Assembly: GCA_017412045.1 (NCBI GenBank)
Contig: JAFQOX010000017.1
Span: forward strand, 6,183 to 70,182
DNA from: Clostridia bacterium
GTDB taxonomy: Bacteria > Bacillota > Clostridia > Oscillospirales > CAG-272
Length of the DNA: 64,000 bases
Direction: 5' to 3'
Shown here: positions 15,582 through 24,279 of the stretch, piece by piece
Position numbering within the stretch: the first letter of the stretch is position 1
Layout: every line of letters starts with the position of its first letter
Program-made: the position numbers and the translations under genes
The notes under the pieces: generated by a model
What the model was told of the DNA's origin: nothing
The model's database searches: none
What the model saw: the letters and a program-made list of their open reading frames with translations, nothing else

Positions 15582-17321
15582 ATGACGAAACGAATTCCCA
15601 AAATATCGCTCCGTGCGATGTCGCTTGCCAAGCAATGCGGAATCAGCAGTAAAGATTTGTATTTAATTACGCCGACAGGCGCTGACGGCAGAATCACCGA
15701 AGAGGACGTTTTGCTCGCAGCCAAGGCGAAAATGGATATGGCTTCCGTGGCAGCGCAAAAGCCCGCAGCGGAAAAAGCACCCGTTGCGGAAGAAGTACCT
15801 GTAACGGAAAAAGCGCCCGTTGCAGAAAAAGCACCCGTTGCGGAAGAAGTACCTGTAACGGAAAAAGCGCCCGTTGCAGAAAAAGCACCCGTTGCGGAAG
15901 AAGCGCCCGTGGCGAAAGAAGCGCCCGTGGCAGAAAAAGCACCCGTAGCGGGAGAAGCGCCCGTTGCGGAAGAAGCACCCGTTGCAGAAAAAGCGCCCGT
16001 TGCGGAAGAAGCGCCCGTTGCGGAAGAAGCGCCCGTTGCAGAAAACGCACCCGTAACGGAAGAAGCGCCCGTAGCGGAAGAAGCGTCCGCAGCAGAAGAA
16101 GCGCCCGTAACGGAAGAAGCACCCGTTGCGGAAGAAGTACCCGTTGCAGAAGAAGCGCCCGTAACGGAAGAAGCACCCGTTGCGGAAGAAGTACCCGTTG
16201 CAGAAGAAGCGCCCGTTGCAGAAGAAGCGCCCGTTGCGGAAGAAGTGCCCGTAACGAAAGAAGCGCCCGTTGCGGAAGAAGCGCCCGTTACGGAAGAAGC
16301 ACCCGTAACGGAAGAAGCACCCGTTGCGGAAGAAGTACCCGTTGCAGAAGAAGCACCCGTTGCAGAAGAAGCGCCCGTAGCGGAAGAAGCACCCGTAGCG
16401 GAAGAAGCACCTGTGGCAGAAGAAACTCCCGTAGCGGAAGAAGCCCCCGTGACGGAAGAAGCACCTGTGACAGAAGAAACTCCCGTGGAAGCGCCGGACA
16501 GCGTTGCCATTGAAAAAATCGAGACGGAAAAACAGGAACAAACCGCAATCATTGCCAAACCCGTGATGAACGAAGAAACGATCGGCGATCAGAGCGCAGA
16601 AGGAGAGATCCCGAAGCATGAGACGGTTCATTCCTTTGATTCGGAGGCATACCTTCATACGGACGTCATCATTCCGAGAACGGAAACCGCGCCGGACGGA
16701 ACGCCGATGACGGTCAGTATGTCCTTCGATGCTTCTTCTATCGTGAGATTACATACGATGATCAAGGAGAACGGCGAAGCGATGGGAATTCCTCACGTTA
16801 CGATCAACGATATGATTCTCTTTGCGGCGGCAAAGCTTCTGAAGAAAAACAAAGCGCTGAACGCGCATTTTCTCGGAGACAAGATCCGTTATTTCGACGG
16901 CGTGCATCTCGGATTCGCCGTAGATACCGATCACGGTATGGAGCTTCCCGTGGTATTCGATGCGGATAAGCTTTCCCTCTACGCGCTCACGCAGGTTACG
17001 GATGCTTTGATCAGAGGCGCAAGAGCGGGCAAAATCGCTTCCGGCAAAACGAAGCCCTGCGCTTCCTTCACGGTATCCAATCTCGGCACGCTCGGCGTGG
17101 AATATTTCATGCCGACGCTGAAGGCACCGCAGACCGGAATCCTCGGCGTTTGCGCGTTGCAGAAGAGAGTGAAGGAGGTTGGCGGAAAGGACGTATTCTA
17201 CTCCTGCATCCCGCTCTCCCTGACCTTCGATCCCCGCGCGCTGGATACCACGAGCGCCGCGAAATTCCTGCGCGATCTTTGCGTATCGCTGGAAAATTTT
17301 GAATTGTTGCTGTTGAAATAA
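15582..17321 (+). CDS. 2-oxoacid dehydrogenase E2 (dihydrolipoamide acyltransferase)-like protein with no lipoyl domain, a long Pro/Ala/Glu repeat linker and a degenerate catalytic motif
   Basis: N-terminal E3/E1-binding-like segment ([29 protein letters not shown]), ~240 aa of [AV]PV[AT]E[EK] repeats, and a C-terminal catalytic-domain pattern ([39 protein letters not shown]). Confidence 0.75.
   Translation: MTKRIPKISLRAMSLAKQCGISSKDLYLITPTGADGRITEEDVLLAAKAKMDMASVAAQKPAAEKAPVAEEVPVTEKAPVAEKAPVAEEVPVTEKAPVAEKAPVAEEAPVAKEAPVAEKAPVAGEAPVAEEAPVAEKAPVAEEAPVAEEAPVAENAPVTEEAPVAEEASAAEEAPVTEEAPVAEEVPVAEEAPVTEEAPVAEEVPVAEEAPVAEEAPVAEEVPVTKEAPVAEEAPVTEEAPVTEEAPVAEEVPVAEEAPVAEEAPVAEEAPVAEEAPVAEETPVAEEAPVTEEAPVTEETPVEAPDSVAIEKIETEKQEQTAIIAKPVMNEETIGDQSAEGEIPKHETVHSFDSEAYLHTDVIIPRTETAPDGTPMTVSMSFDASSIVRLHTMIKENGEAMGIPHVTINDMILFAAAKLLKKNKALNAHFLGDKIRYFDGVHLGFAVDTDHGMELPVVFDADKLSLYALTQVTDALIRGARAGKIASGKTKPCASFTVSNLGTLGVEYFMPTLKAPQTGILGVCALQKRVKEVGGKDVFYSCIPLSLTFDPRALDTTSAAKFLRDLCVSLENFELLLLK
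15760..16490 (+). repeat. About 40 tandem copies of an 18-bp coding repeat (GAAGAAGCNCCCGTTGCG-like, hexapeptide APVAEE) with 54-bp higher-order units
   Basis: Read directly. For example, the 54-mer gaagaagtacctgtaacggaaaaagcgcccgttgcagaaaaagcacccgttgcg occurs twice back to back near 15788-15895. Confidence 0.9.
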
Positions 17322-17416
17322 AAGCACGGCACGTTGTAAAAGATGAAATCAAGGCGTCCCGTTTGAAAGGAAAATGCTTTTTGAACGGGGCGCTGACAGA
17401 AAGGCACGGTTATAAC

Positions 17417-19219
17417 ATGGCACAAGAAAGAAAAGATATTGAAGCGCGCTATAAATGGGACCTTACCGTTATTTATCCGAGCGAAACGGAATTTTACGCG
17501 GATTATGACAAGGCGGAAAAAGCGATTGAAGCTTTTTCCAAATATCAGGACGTTATGTGCAACAGCGCGAAGGATCTTTATAATACGTTGAAGAGTCTGA
17601 CGGACATCGAAGCGTTGATCGAAAAGCTTTTCCATTACGCTTCCCTGAACTTTTCCGTGGAGACCTCCAACAATTCCTTCCAATCCCTGAACGCCAAGGT
17701 GCGCAATCTGATGATCAAGGCAGGCACCGCGACGTGGTTCGTCGAGCCCTACGTGCTCCGCATTCCCGAGGAAACGGTGACGGAATGGCTGACGGACTAT
17801 AAGAGACTCGCGACCTTCCGCCGTATGATCGAGAAGATCCTGCGCAGAAAGGACCATACGCTTTCCGACGAATGTGAAAAGCTGATGGCGAAAATGGAGA
17901 ACTGCATCGGCGCGCCGAACGAGGTCCGCAATATTTTCGTCAATTCCGATATGCGCTTCGGTAAGATCAAGGATGAAAACGGCGTTTCCGTCGAGCTGAC
18001 GGATGCAAGCTACGCAAGCTATCTGATGAGCGGCGACCGTAAGGTCCGTAAGTCGGCGTTCACCACGCTCTACAAAACCTACGAGCAGTTCGGCAATACC
18101 TTCGGCACGATGATGAACGCAATGGTGAAGGAAAACGCTACGCTTGCCAAGGTGCAGAATTTTGAGGATGCGCTGACGGCCTCCACCTTCAAGGACGAGG
18201 TCACGCCCGAAATTTATAACAATCTGATCCATTCCGTCAATTGCTCGCTTTCCGTTCTTTACGATTATTACGCCTTGAAAAAGGAAGTGCTCGGACTCAA
18301 GGAGCTGCATCTGTATGATATTTACGCTTCTCTCGTCGGAGAATTGGATCGGAAATATCCTTATGAGGAAGCGGTGGCGGAGGTTCTGGAGACCGTCAAG
18401 GTTTACGGTCAGGAATATTACGAAACCCTGCGCGAGGGTCTGACGGAAAAGGGCTGGGTGGACGTATATCCCTGCCGGGGCAAGAGGGGCGGCGCCTTCA
18501 GCTCCGGCGGTCCTGCTACGGAGCCCTATATTCTGATGAACTATACGGGCACCTTTGACAACGTGGCTACGCTTGCGCACGAGGCGGGACATTCTATGCA
18601 TACTTGGTTCTCCACGCATTACAACAAGCCGTATAACGCCTCCTATACCATCTTCGTCGCCGAGGTTGCTTCCACGGTCAACGAGCTCCTGCTCATGCAC
18701 CGCAAGCTGAAGGCATCCGAAAACGATGACGAAAAGCTCTATATTCTCGATCAGATCATGGAAACCTATAAGGGCACGCTCTACCGTCAGACGATGTTCG
18801 CGGAATTTGAGAAGGATATTCACACGCTGTGCGAGCAGGGCGAGCCTTTGACCGCCGAGCTTCTGAATACGAAATACTACGAGCTCGTTTGCCGCTATTT
18901 CGGAAACGACGTCGTTTGCGATCCGCAGATCGCTTTCGAATGGATGAGAATCCCCCATTTCTATATGAATTTCTACGTTTACAAATACGCGACCTGCATT
19001 TCCGCCGCTTCCGCGATCGTGAAGCGTATTGAAACCGAAGGCGCGTCCTACGTCAAGAAATATATCGACTTTTTGAAATGCGGCGGCTCCAGATCTCCTC
19101 TCGAAAGCCTCCGCGTGGCGGGTATTGATATGACGGATCCTCATATCGTATCGGATGCCATCGAGGATTTCTCTGCCGCTATCGAGCAGTTCAGAGAGAT
19201 TTATCATAATAAAAAATAA
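17417..19219 (+). CDS. pepF: Oligoendopeptidase F (M3B family)
   Basis: MAQERKDIEARYKWDLT N-terminus, zinc motif HEAGHSMH, length ~600 aa. The track ORF starts upstream at 17363. Confidence 0.9.
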   Translation: MAQERKDIEARYKWDLTVIYPSETEFYADYDKAEKAIEAFSKYQDVMCNSAKDLYNTLKSLTDIEALIEKLFHYASLNFSVETSNNSFQSLNAKVRNLMIKAGTATWFVEPYVLRIPEETVTEWLTDYKRLATFRRMIEKILRRKDHTLSDECEKLMAKMENCIGAPNEVRNIFVNSDMRFGKIKDENGVSVELTDASYASYLMSGDRKVRKSAFTTLYKTYEQFGNTFGTMMNAMVKENATLAKVQNFEDALTASTFKDEVTPEIYNNLIHSVNCSLSVLYDYYALKKEVLGLKELHLYDIYASLVGELDRKYPYEEAVAEVLETVKVYGQEYYETLREGLTEKGWVDVYPCRGKRGGAFSSGGPATEPYILMNYTGTFDNVATLAHEAGHSMHTWFSTHYNKPYNASYTIFVAEVASTVNELLLMHRKLKASENDDEKLYILDQIMETYKGTLYRQTMFAEFEKDIHTLCEQGEPLTAELLNTKYYELVCRYFGNDVVCDPQIAFEWMRIPHFYMNFYVYKYATCISAASAIVKRIETEGASYVKKYIDFLKCGGSRSPLESLRVAGIDMTDPHIVSDAIEDFSAAIEQFREIYHNKK

Positions 19220-19246
19220 ACGGAAAAGCATTCTTTTTCGGACGGA

Positions 19247-19297
19247 AACGAGATTTTTTTGATTTTTTACGATCAGAGAAATCTCGTTTTTCTGATC
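19247..19297 (+). terminator. Hairpin cluster / terminator after pepF
   Basis: AACGAGATT...AATCTCGTT and GATCAGA...TCTGATC overlapping hairpins with T runs. Confidence 0.45.
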
Positions 19298-19415
19298 ATT
19301 CGGAGCTTTCTTTTTCGTATTTGACGAAAATATGGAATTATTTTTACGACAGTGAAATAATTTCCGCAGAAAAACGACTATATTATATGAAGAATAATAT
19401 ATAAGGAGGCACGTT

Positions 19416-20669
19416 ATGAAAAAAATAAGTTTGACTTTCATCAGCTTTCTGCTTCTGTGCGCGGTCCTGCTTCATGCTTCGGGTTGCTCGGCGAATATCC
19501 ATGCCGCCGATCTGATGGACGGCGTTACGCCTCGCAAATGGGAAACCGGAACGGATCCCGGTGAGAAAAGCGCCGAGGTGACCGATTTTGCGATCCGTCT
19601 TTTCAGGGCGGTAAACGAGGACGGAAAGAATACGTTGATTTCACCTTTGTCGGTTCTTTGCGCATTGGCGATGACGGCAAACGGTGCGCAGGGAGAAACG
19701 AGAGCGCAGATGGAATCCGTTCTCGGTATGCGTACGGAGGATCTGAATGCGTATCTTTGCGCGTATGTGAACGCCTTGCCGCAGGGGGATCGCTACAAGC
19801 TTCATCTCGCAAACTCCATTTGGTTTTCCGATGAAGACGGTTTTGCCGTCAACCGCGATTTTTTGCAGACGAACGCGGATTACTACGGAGCAGATATTTA
19901 TCAAGCACCGTTTGATAACAGAACGCTCCGCGACGTCAATCGCTGGGTAAGGAACGAAACCGACGGCATGATCCCCGAGGTTCTCGATCGGATCCCTTCC
20001 GAGGCGGTGATGTATCTCGTGAACGCGCTCGCGTTTGAAGCGGAATGGAAAAAGATCTATGAGAAAAAGCAAATCAAGGACGGCACGTTCACAAAAGAGG
20101 ACGGAACGGAGCTGACAGCCAAGATGATGTACGCCACCGAGCACGTCAAATATCTCAAAGATAAAAACGCGACGGGCTTTTTCAAATATTATAACGGGGA
20201 AAAATACGCTTTTGTTGCGCTTCTTCCCGACGAGGGCGTTTCGCTGTCCGATTACGTGAACAGCCTTGACGGGGCGGCTCTGCACACGCTTTTGTCGGAA
20301 GCGGAAACGGCTTCGGTCAGCACGGCGATTCCGAAATTTGAATCCGAATACAGCGCGGAGCTTTCCGAAATTCTGCAATCCATGGGAATGACGCTCGCCT
20401 TTGACGAAAATAACGCGGATTTTTCGGGGATCGGCACCGTAGCGAGCGGGAATCTCTTTATGAGCAGGGTTTTGCACAAGACTTGTATCCGTGTCGATGA
20501 AAAGGGCACGAAGGCGGGCGCCGTAACGGTGATCGAAATGAGCAAAAATTCTGCCGATGCGGGAGGAATCAAGCAGGTTTACCTGGACAGACCGTTCGTC
20601 TATATGCTCGTTGACTGCGAAAACAATATTCCCTTCTTCATCGGTACGGTGACGGACGTGAATGCATAA
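19416..20669 (+). CDS. Serpin-family protease inhibitor, predicted lipoprotein
   Basis: Signal peptide plus lipobox LLHASGC. Serpin blocks NTLISPLSVLCALAMTANGAQGET, VNALAFEAEWK, and hinge/RCL DEKGTKAGAVTVIEMSKNSADAGG followed by DRPFVYML. Confidence 0.85.
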   Translation: MKKISLTFISFLLLCAVLLHASGCSANIHAADLMDGVTPRKWETGTDPGEKSAEVTDFAIRLFRAVNEDGKNTLISPLSVLCALAMTANGAQGETRAQMESVLGMRTEDLNAYLCAYVNALPQGDRYKLHLANSIWFSDEDGFAVNRDFLQTNADYYGADIYQAPFDNRTLRDVNRWVRNETDGMIPEVLDRIPSEAVMYLVNALAFEAEWKKIYEKKQIKDGTFTKEDGTELTAKMMYATEHVKYLKDKNATGFFKYYNGEKYAFVALLPDEGVSLSDYVNSLDGAALHTLLSEAETASVSTAIPKFESEYSAELSEILQSMGMTLAFDENNADFSGIGTVASGNLFMSRVLHKTCIRVDEKGTKAGAVTVIEMSKNSADAGGIKQVYLDRPFVYMLVDCENNIPFFIGTVTDVNA

Positions 20670-20677
20670 AGCCCAAG

Positions 20678-20708
20678 CCCCTGTTCCGCAAGGAACGGGG
20701 GCGTTTTG
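20678..20708 (+). terminator. Rho-independent terminator after the serpin gene
   Basis: CCCCTGTTCC-gcaa-GGAACGGGGG followed by CGTTTTG. Confidence 0.65.
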
Positions 20709-20758
20709 CGTCTAAATGATTGTTTACGGTTCTTTAAGCAAGTGATACCAAAAGGCTC

Positions 20759-20861
20759 GCCCTTTGGGAGAGCTCCGCCGTAGGCGGTGAGAGGGCGTAA
20801 ACTTGCTCAAAAAGCCCTCTCCGTCAGGCTAACGCCTGCCACCTCTCCCGGAGTGAGAGGC
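20759..20861. repeat. Pair of GC-rich REP-like palindromic units in convergent orientation
   Basis: GGGAGAGCT-CCGCC-gta-GGCGG-TGAGAGGGC, and on the opposite strand GGGAGAGGTGG-CAGGC-gtta-GCCTG-ACGGAGAGGGC. Related units occur at 46998-47122. Confidence 0.5.
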
Positions 20862-20939
20862 TTGGGGTTAGACTCGTAAATTTCCGTTTATCGGATCAAA
20901 AAGAAAACGCGGTCGCCCTGAAAAAAGACGTAATTTCCC

Positions 20940-20968
20940 TTGACAAATACCCCTTGGGGGTATATAAT
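20940..20968 (+). promoter_or_regulatory. csoR-copA promoter with an embedded CsoR-type operator
   Basis: TTGACA (20940) -17 nt- TATAAT (20963). The spacer contains the palindrome ATACCCC-TT-GGGGGTAT, the G/C-tract inverted repeat typical of CsoR boxes. Confidence 0.7.
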
Positions 20969-20991
20969 AAAAAAAGAAAGGGTGTGATCCA

Positions 20992-21291
20992 ATGGATAAG
21001 CAATGCTGTTCTCACAAAACGAAAGCCCGTACGGACGACGAATATAAAAAGCTGATTCACCGTCTGAACCGTATCGAGGGACAGATCCGCGGAATCCGCG
21101 GTATGGTGGAAAACGATGCGTACTGTACGGATATTCTGATCCAGGTCAGCGCGGTCAACGCCGCTCTGAACGCGTTCAATAAGGAATTGTTGGCAAATCA
21201 TATCCGCACCTGCGTGACGGACGATATCCGGAACGGGAAGGACGAGGTCGTGGACGAATTGGTCAACACCCTGCAAAAATTGATGAAATGA
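20992..21291 (+). CDS. csoR: CsoR/RcnR-family metal-sensing transcriptional repressor
   Basis: LIHRLNRIEGQIRGIRGMVENDAYCTDILIQVSAVNAALNAF is the classic DUF156 pattern with the Cys/His ligand set. It lies directly upstream of copA. Confidence 0.9.
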   Translation: MDKQCCSHKTKARTDDEYKKLIHRLNRIEGQIRGIRGMVENDAYCTDILIQVSAVNAALNAFNKELLANHIRTCVTDDIRNGKDEVVDELVNTLQKLMK

Positions 21292-21308
21292 AAGGCACGG
21301 TATGACAA

Positions 21309-23807
21309 ATGGAACGGTATAACGTGACGGGTATGAGCTGCGCGGCTTGCAGCGCCCGTGTGGAAAAGGCGGTCTCTGCCGTGGAAGGCGTGAAAAGCTG
21401 CTCCGTCAATCTGCTGACGAACTCCATGGCGGTGGAAGGGACGGCGGCGAAGGAAGCCATTGTCGCGGCGGTGGAAGCCGCAGGCTACGGCGCATCGCCA
21501 AAAACGGAATCCGCAGAACAAGCGCCCGCGTCGAAAAGAGAGGAATTGCGCGACGTGCAAACACCTCTGATGAAAAAGCGATTGATTGCGTCGCTCGGCT
21601 TTCTGGCGCTTCTGATGTATATTTCGATGGGACACGTGATGTGGGGCTTTCCCCTGCCCGCGGTTCTCGCGGAAAATCCGCTTGCCATCGGACTTCTGGA
21701 GCTTTTGCTCTGCGCGATCGTGATGGTGATCAATCAGAAATTCTTTATCAACGGCACAAAGGGCGTTTTGCACGGCGCGCCGAATATGGATACGCTCGTG
21801 GCGTTGGGCTCGGGCGCATCGTTCGTATACAGCGTGTACGTCGTTTTTGCGATGACGGCGGCGCAGATGGACGGAGATCCTTCGGCTGTCATGCACGGCT
21901 TGCATGATCTGTATTTTGAATCGGCGGCAATGATCCTGACGCTGATCACCGTCGGCAAAATGCTGGAGGCGAGAGCCAAGGGCAAAACGACGGATGCACT
22001 CGCAGGTCTGATGGCGCTTGCGCCCAAGACGGCAACGGTCTTGCGCGACGGAGAAGAAACGGTCGTTGCGATCGAAGCCGTAAAAAAGGGTGATATTTTC
22101 ATCGTTCGCCCCGGCGAGCATATTCCCGTGGACGGCATCGTCGTCGAGGGCGGAAGCGCCGTGAACGAATCGGCGCTGACGGGAGAAAGCATTCCCGTCG
22201 ATAAGGCGGTCGGTGATTCCGTTTCTTCGGGAACGACCAACGAATCGGGATTTCTCAAATGCGAGGCGACAAGAGTCGGTGAAGATACCGCGCTGGCACA
22301 GATCGTCCGCATGGTCAGCGACGCGGCGGCAACGAAAGCGCCGATCGCAAAGATCGCAGATAAGGTTTCGGGTGTTTTCGTTCCCGTCGTCATCTCCATT
22401 GCGGCGATCGCCTTCGCGATTTGGATGATCGCGGGAGGATCCGTCGGTTTTGCGCTTTCGATGGGCATTTCCGTGCTCGTTATCAGCTGTCCCTGCGCGC
22501 TCGGTCTGGCAACGCCCGTGGCGATCATGGTCGGAACGGGAAAGGGCGCGAAAAACGGCATTCTTTTCAAAACGGCGACGGCGCTGGAGGAAACGGGCAA
22601 GGTGAAAACCGTCGTTCTCGATAAAACGGGAACGGTGACGAGCGGCGCGCCCAAGGTCGTTTCCGTGCTTCCCGCGTCGGGCGTTTCGGAGGAGACGCTT
22701 CTTTCTCTTGCCTATACGCTGGAGAAAAACAGCGAGCACCCGCTGGCAAGAGCGATCCGCGAACGCGCGGAGGATCTCGGCATGAAGGCAGGGGCGGTTT
22801 CGGATTTTACCGTATTTCCGGGAAACGGTCTTTCCGCAACATACGGAAGCGATACGCTTTTCGGCGGAAATCTCGCCTTCATTGCATCCCGAGCGTCTGT
22901 GACGGAGGATATGCAAGCGCAGGCAAGCGCGCTTGCCGATGAAGGAAAAACGCCGCTTTTCTTTGCAAAAAACGGCAGTATGCTCGGCATCGTCGCCGTT
23001 GCGGACGTGATCCGTGAGGACAGCCCCGCGGCGATCCGCGAACTGCGAGAGATGGGCATCCGCGTCGTTATGCTGACGGGGGACAACGAGCGCACTGCCG
23101 CCGCGATCGCAAGAGAGGTCGGCGCGGACGAGGTCATCGCGGGCGTACTCCCCGACGGCAAGGAAGAGGTGATCCGCAAGCTTTGCGAGCAGGGCAAGGT
23201 CGCCATGGTCGGCGACGGTATCAACGATGCCCCCGCTCTGACGCGCGCGGATATCGGCATCGCCATCGGCGCGGGCACGGATATCGCCATTGATGCGGCA
23301 GACGTCGTGCTGATGAACAGCAGACTTTCCGACGTTCCCGCCGCGATCCGTCTCAGCAGAGCGACGCTGAGAAATATTCATCAGAATCTTTTCTGGGCGT
23401 TCTTCTATAACGCGGTCGGCATTCCGCTGGCGGCGGGCGCGTGGTATCCGCTGTGGCAAATCAAGCTCAGCCCCATGTTCGGCGCGGCGGCGATGAGTCT
23501 TTCCAGCTTCTGTGTGGTCAGCAACGCGCTGCGGCTCAATCTCACGAAGATCCGCAGTACGAAACATAAAAACAAACAACAAACGGAGGAAACCAAAATG
23601 GAAAAAACGATGAAAATCAAAGGTATGATGTGCAAGCATTGCGAAGCGAGAGTTAAAAACTGTCTCGAAGCGTTGCCCGAAGTCAGCGAAGCCGTCGTCA
23701 GCCACAAAAAGGGCACGGCAAAGCTCACGCTCACCGCGGAAATCGCAAACGAAACGCTCAAAAAGACCGTTGAGGATCAGGGCTATCCCGTCATTGACAT
23801 CAAATAA
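21309..23807 (+). CDS. copA: Copper-translocating P1B-type ATPase with an N-terminal and an additional C-terminal heavy-metal-associated domain
   Basis: N-terminal GMSCAACSARVE, TGES, CPCALGLATP, DKTGTVT, GDGINDAP. The last 69 aa form a second HMA domain (KIKGMMCKHCEARV). Confidence 0.92.
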   Translation: MERYNVTGMSCAACSARVEKAVSAVEGVKSCSVNLLTNSMAVEGTAAKEAIVAAVEAAGYGASPKTESAEQAPASKREELRDVQTPLMKKRLIASLGFLALLMYISMGHVMWGFPLPAVLAENPLAIGLLELLLCAIVMVINQKFFINGTKGVLHGAPNMDTLVALGSGASFVYSVYVVFAMTAAQMDGDPSAVMHGLHDLYFESAAMILTLITVGKMLEARAKGKTTDALAGLMALAPKTATVLRDGEETVVAIEAVKKGDIFIVRPGEHIPVDGIVVEGGSAVNESALTGESIPVDKAVGDSVSSGTTNESGFLKCEATRVGEDTALAQIVRMVSDAAATKAPIAKIADKVSGVFVPVVISIAAIAFAIWMIAGGSVGFALSMGISVLVISCPCALGLATPVAIMVGTGKGAKNGILFKTATALEETGKVKTVVLDKTGTVTSGAPKVVSVLPASGVSEETLLSLAYTLEKNSEHPLARAIRERAEDLGMKAGAVSDFTVFPGNGLSATYGSDTLFGGNLAFIASRASVTEDMQAQASALADEGKTPLFFAKNGSMLGIVAVADVIREDSPAAIRELREMGIRVVMLTGDNERTAAAIAREVGADEVIAGVLPDGKEEVIRKLCEQGKVAMVGDGINDAPALTRADIGIAIGAGTDIAIDAADVVLMNSRLSDVPAAIRLSRATLRNIHQNLFWAFFYNAVGIPLAAGAWYPLWQIKLSPMFGAAAMSLSSFCVVSNALRLNLTKIRSTKHKNKQQTEETKMEKTMKIKGMMCKHCEARVKNCLEALPEVSEAVVSHKKGTAKLTLTAEIANETLKKTVEDQGYPVIDIK

Positions 23808-23815
23808 GCCGAAAA

Positions 23816-23845
23816 AGCCGATGCAGAAATTGCATCGGCTTTTTG
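23816..23845 (+). terminator. Rho-independent terminator after copA
   Basis: AGCCGATGCA-gaaat-TGCATCGGCT followed by TTTT. Confidence 0.8.
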
Positions 23846-23920
23846 CTTACTTTTTAGGACTTGTTAAAAAAATGACCGTTTGGGGGTGTGTTGTCATTTT
23901 TCAAACGAGCCCTAATCATG

Positions 23921-24136
23921 TTACCAATATTTATCTTTATTGTCCGTTAAGCCTAACAGATAGTCCGTTGAAACGTCGTAGTATCGAGCCAAAGTGATAA
24001 TATGACGGCACGGAATCTCTTGTATGTCATTTTCATATTTGCTAATCTGTTGTTGCGTTGTATAAAGTAATTCTGCGATTTCCAATTGGCTTGCCTTGCC
24101 TGTTCTTGCTTCTTTCAATCGTGCACCAAGTTTCAC
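23921..24136 (-). CDS. XRE-family HTH transcriptional regulator (71 aa), low-GC gene
   Basis: SQLEIAELLYTTQQQISKYENDIQEIPCRHIITLARYYDVSTDYLLG. GTG start. Visibly AT-richer than its neighbours. Confidence 0.85.
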   Translation of the reverse strand: MKLGARLKEARTGKASQLEIAELLYTTQQQISKYENDIQEIPCRHIITLARYYDVSTDYLLGLTDNKDKYW

Positions 24137-24196
24137 AAATCCTCACCACACTCTCTATATAATCTCTATAAAAAATTATATACCTAATAATTGTTC

Positions 24197-24240
24197 TTGA
24201 CAAACGCCTAAAAAGGTGTATAATATGTAATATACACCTT
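24197..24240 (+). promoter_or_regulatory. Promoter (TTGACA-16 nt-TATAAT) overlapped by the inverted repeat AAGGTGTATA...TATACACCTT
   Basis: Read directly from the divergent intergenic region between the XRE gene and the zinc-ribbon gene. A third half-site, AAGGTGT, follows at ~24243. Confidence 0.6.
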
Positions 24241-24279
24241 ATAAGGTGTTATCAACATTTAAGAAAGAAGGTATTTTCT

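Noticed and set aside
15760-16490. A regular short-repeat array that could be mistaken for a CRISPR array.
   Set aside because: The repeats are contiguous 18-mers with no spacers. They are in frame within a CDS, and no cas genes or leader are present.
15524-16658. Minus-strand and alternative-frame ORFs inside the 18-bp repeat array (SSATGASS..., FFRNGRFF..., LLPQRVLL... translations).
   Set aside because: These are frame artefacts of the tandem repeat. The plus-strand frame continues into a recognisable E2 catalytic domain and has an RBS.
21198-23705. An 835-aa minus-strand ORF antisense to copA. Similar long antisense ORFs occur at 26814-29048 (dnaE), 43964-46264 (GH31), 54522-56600 (GH-like gene), 17198-19441 (pepF), 11526-13220 and 9815-11314 (permeases), 32003-33796, 36544-37734 and 35496-36605.
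   Set aside because: In every case the opposite strand carries a protein with clear family signatures. The antisense products are Arg/Gly/His-rich and have neither motifs nor RBSs.
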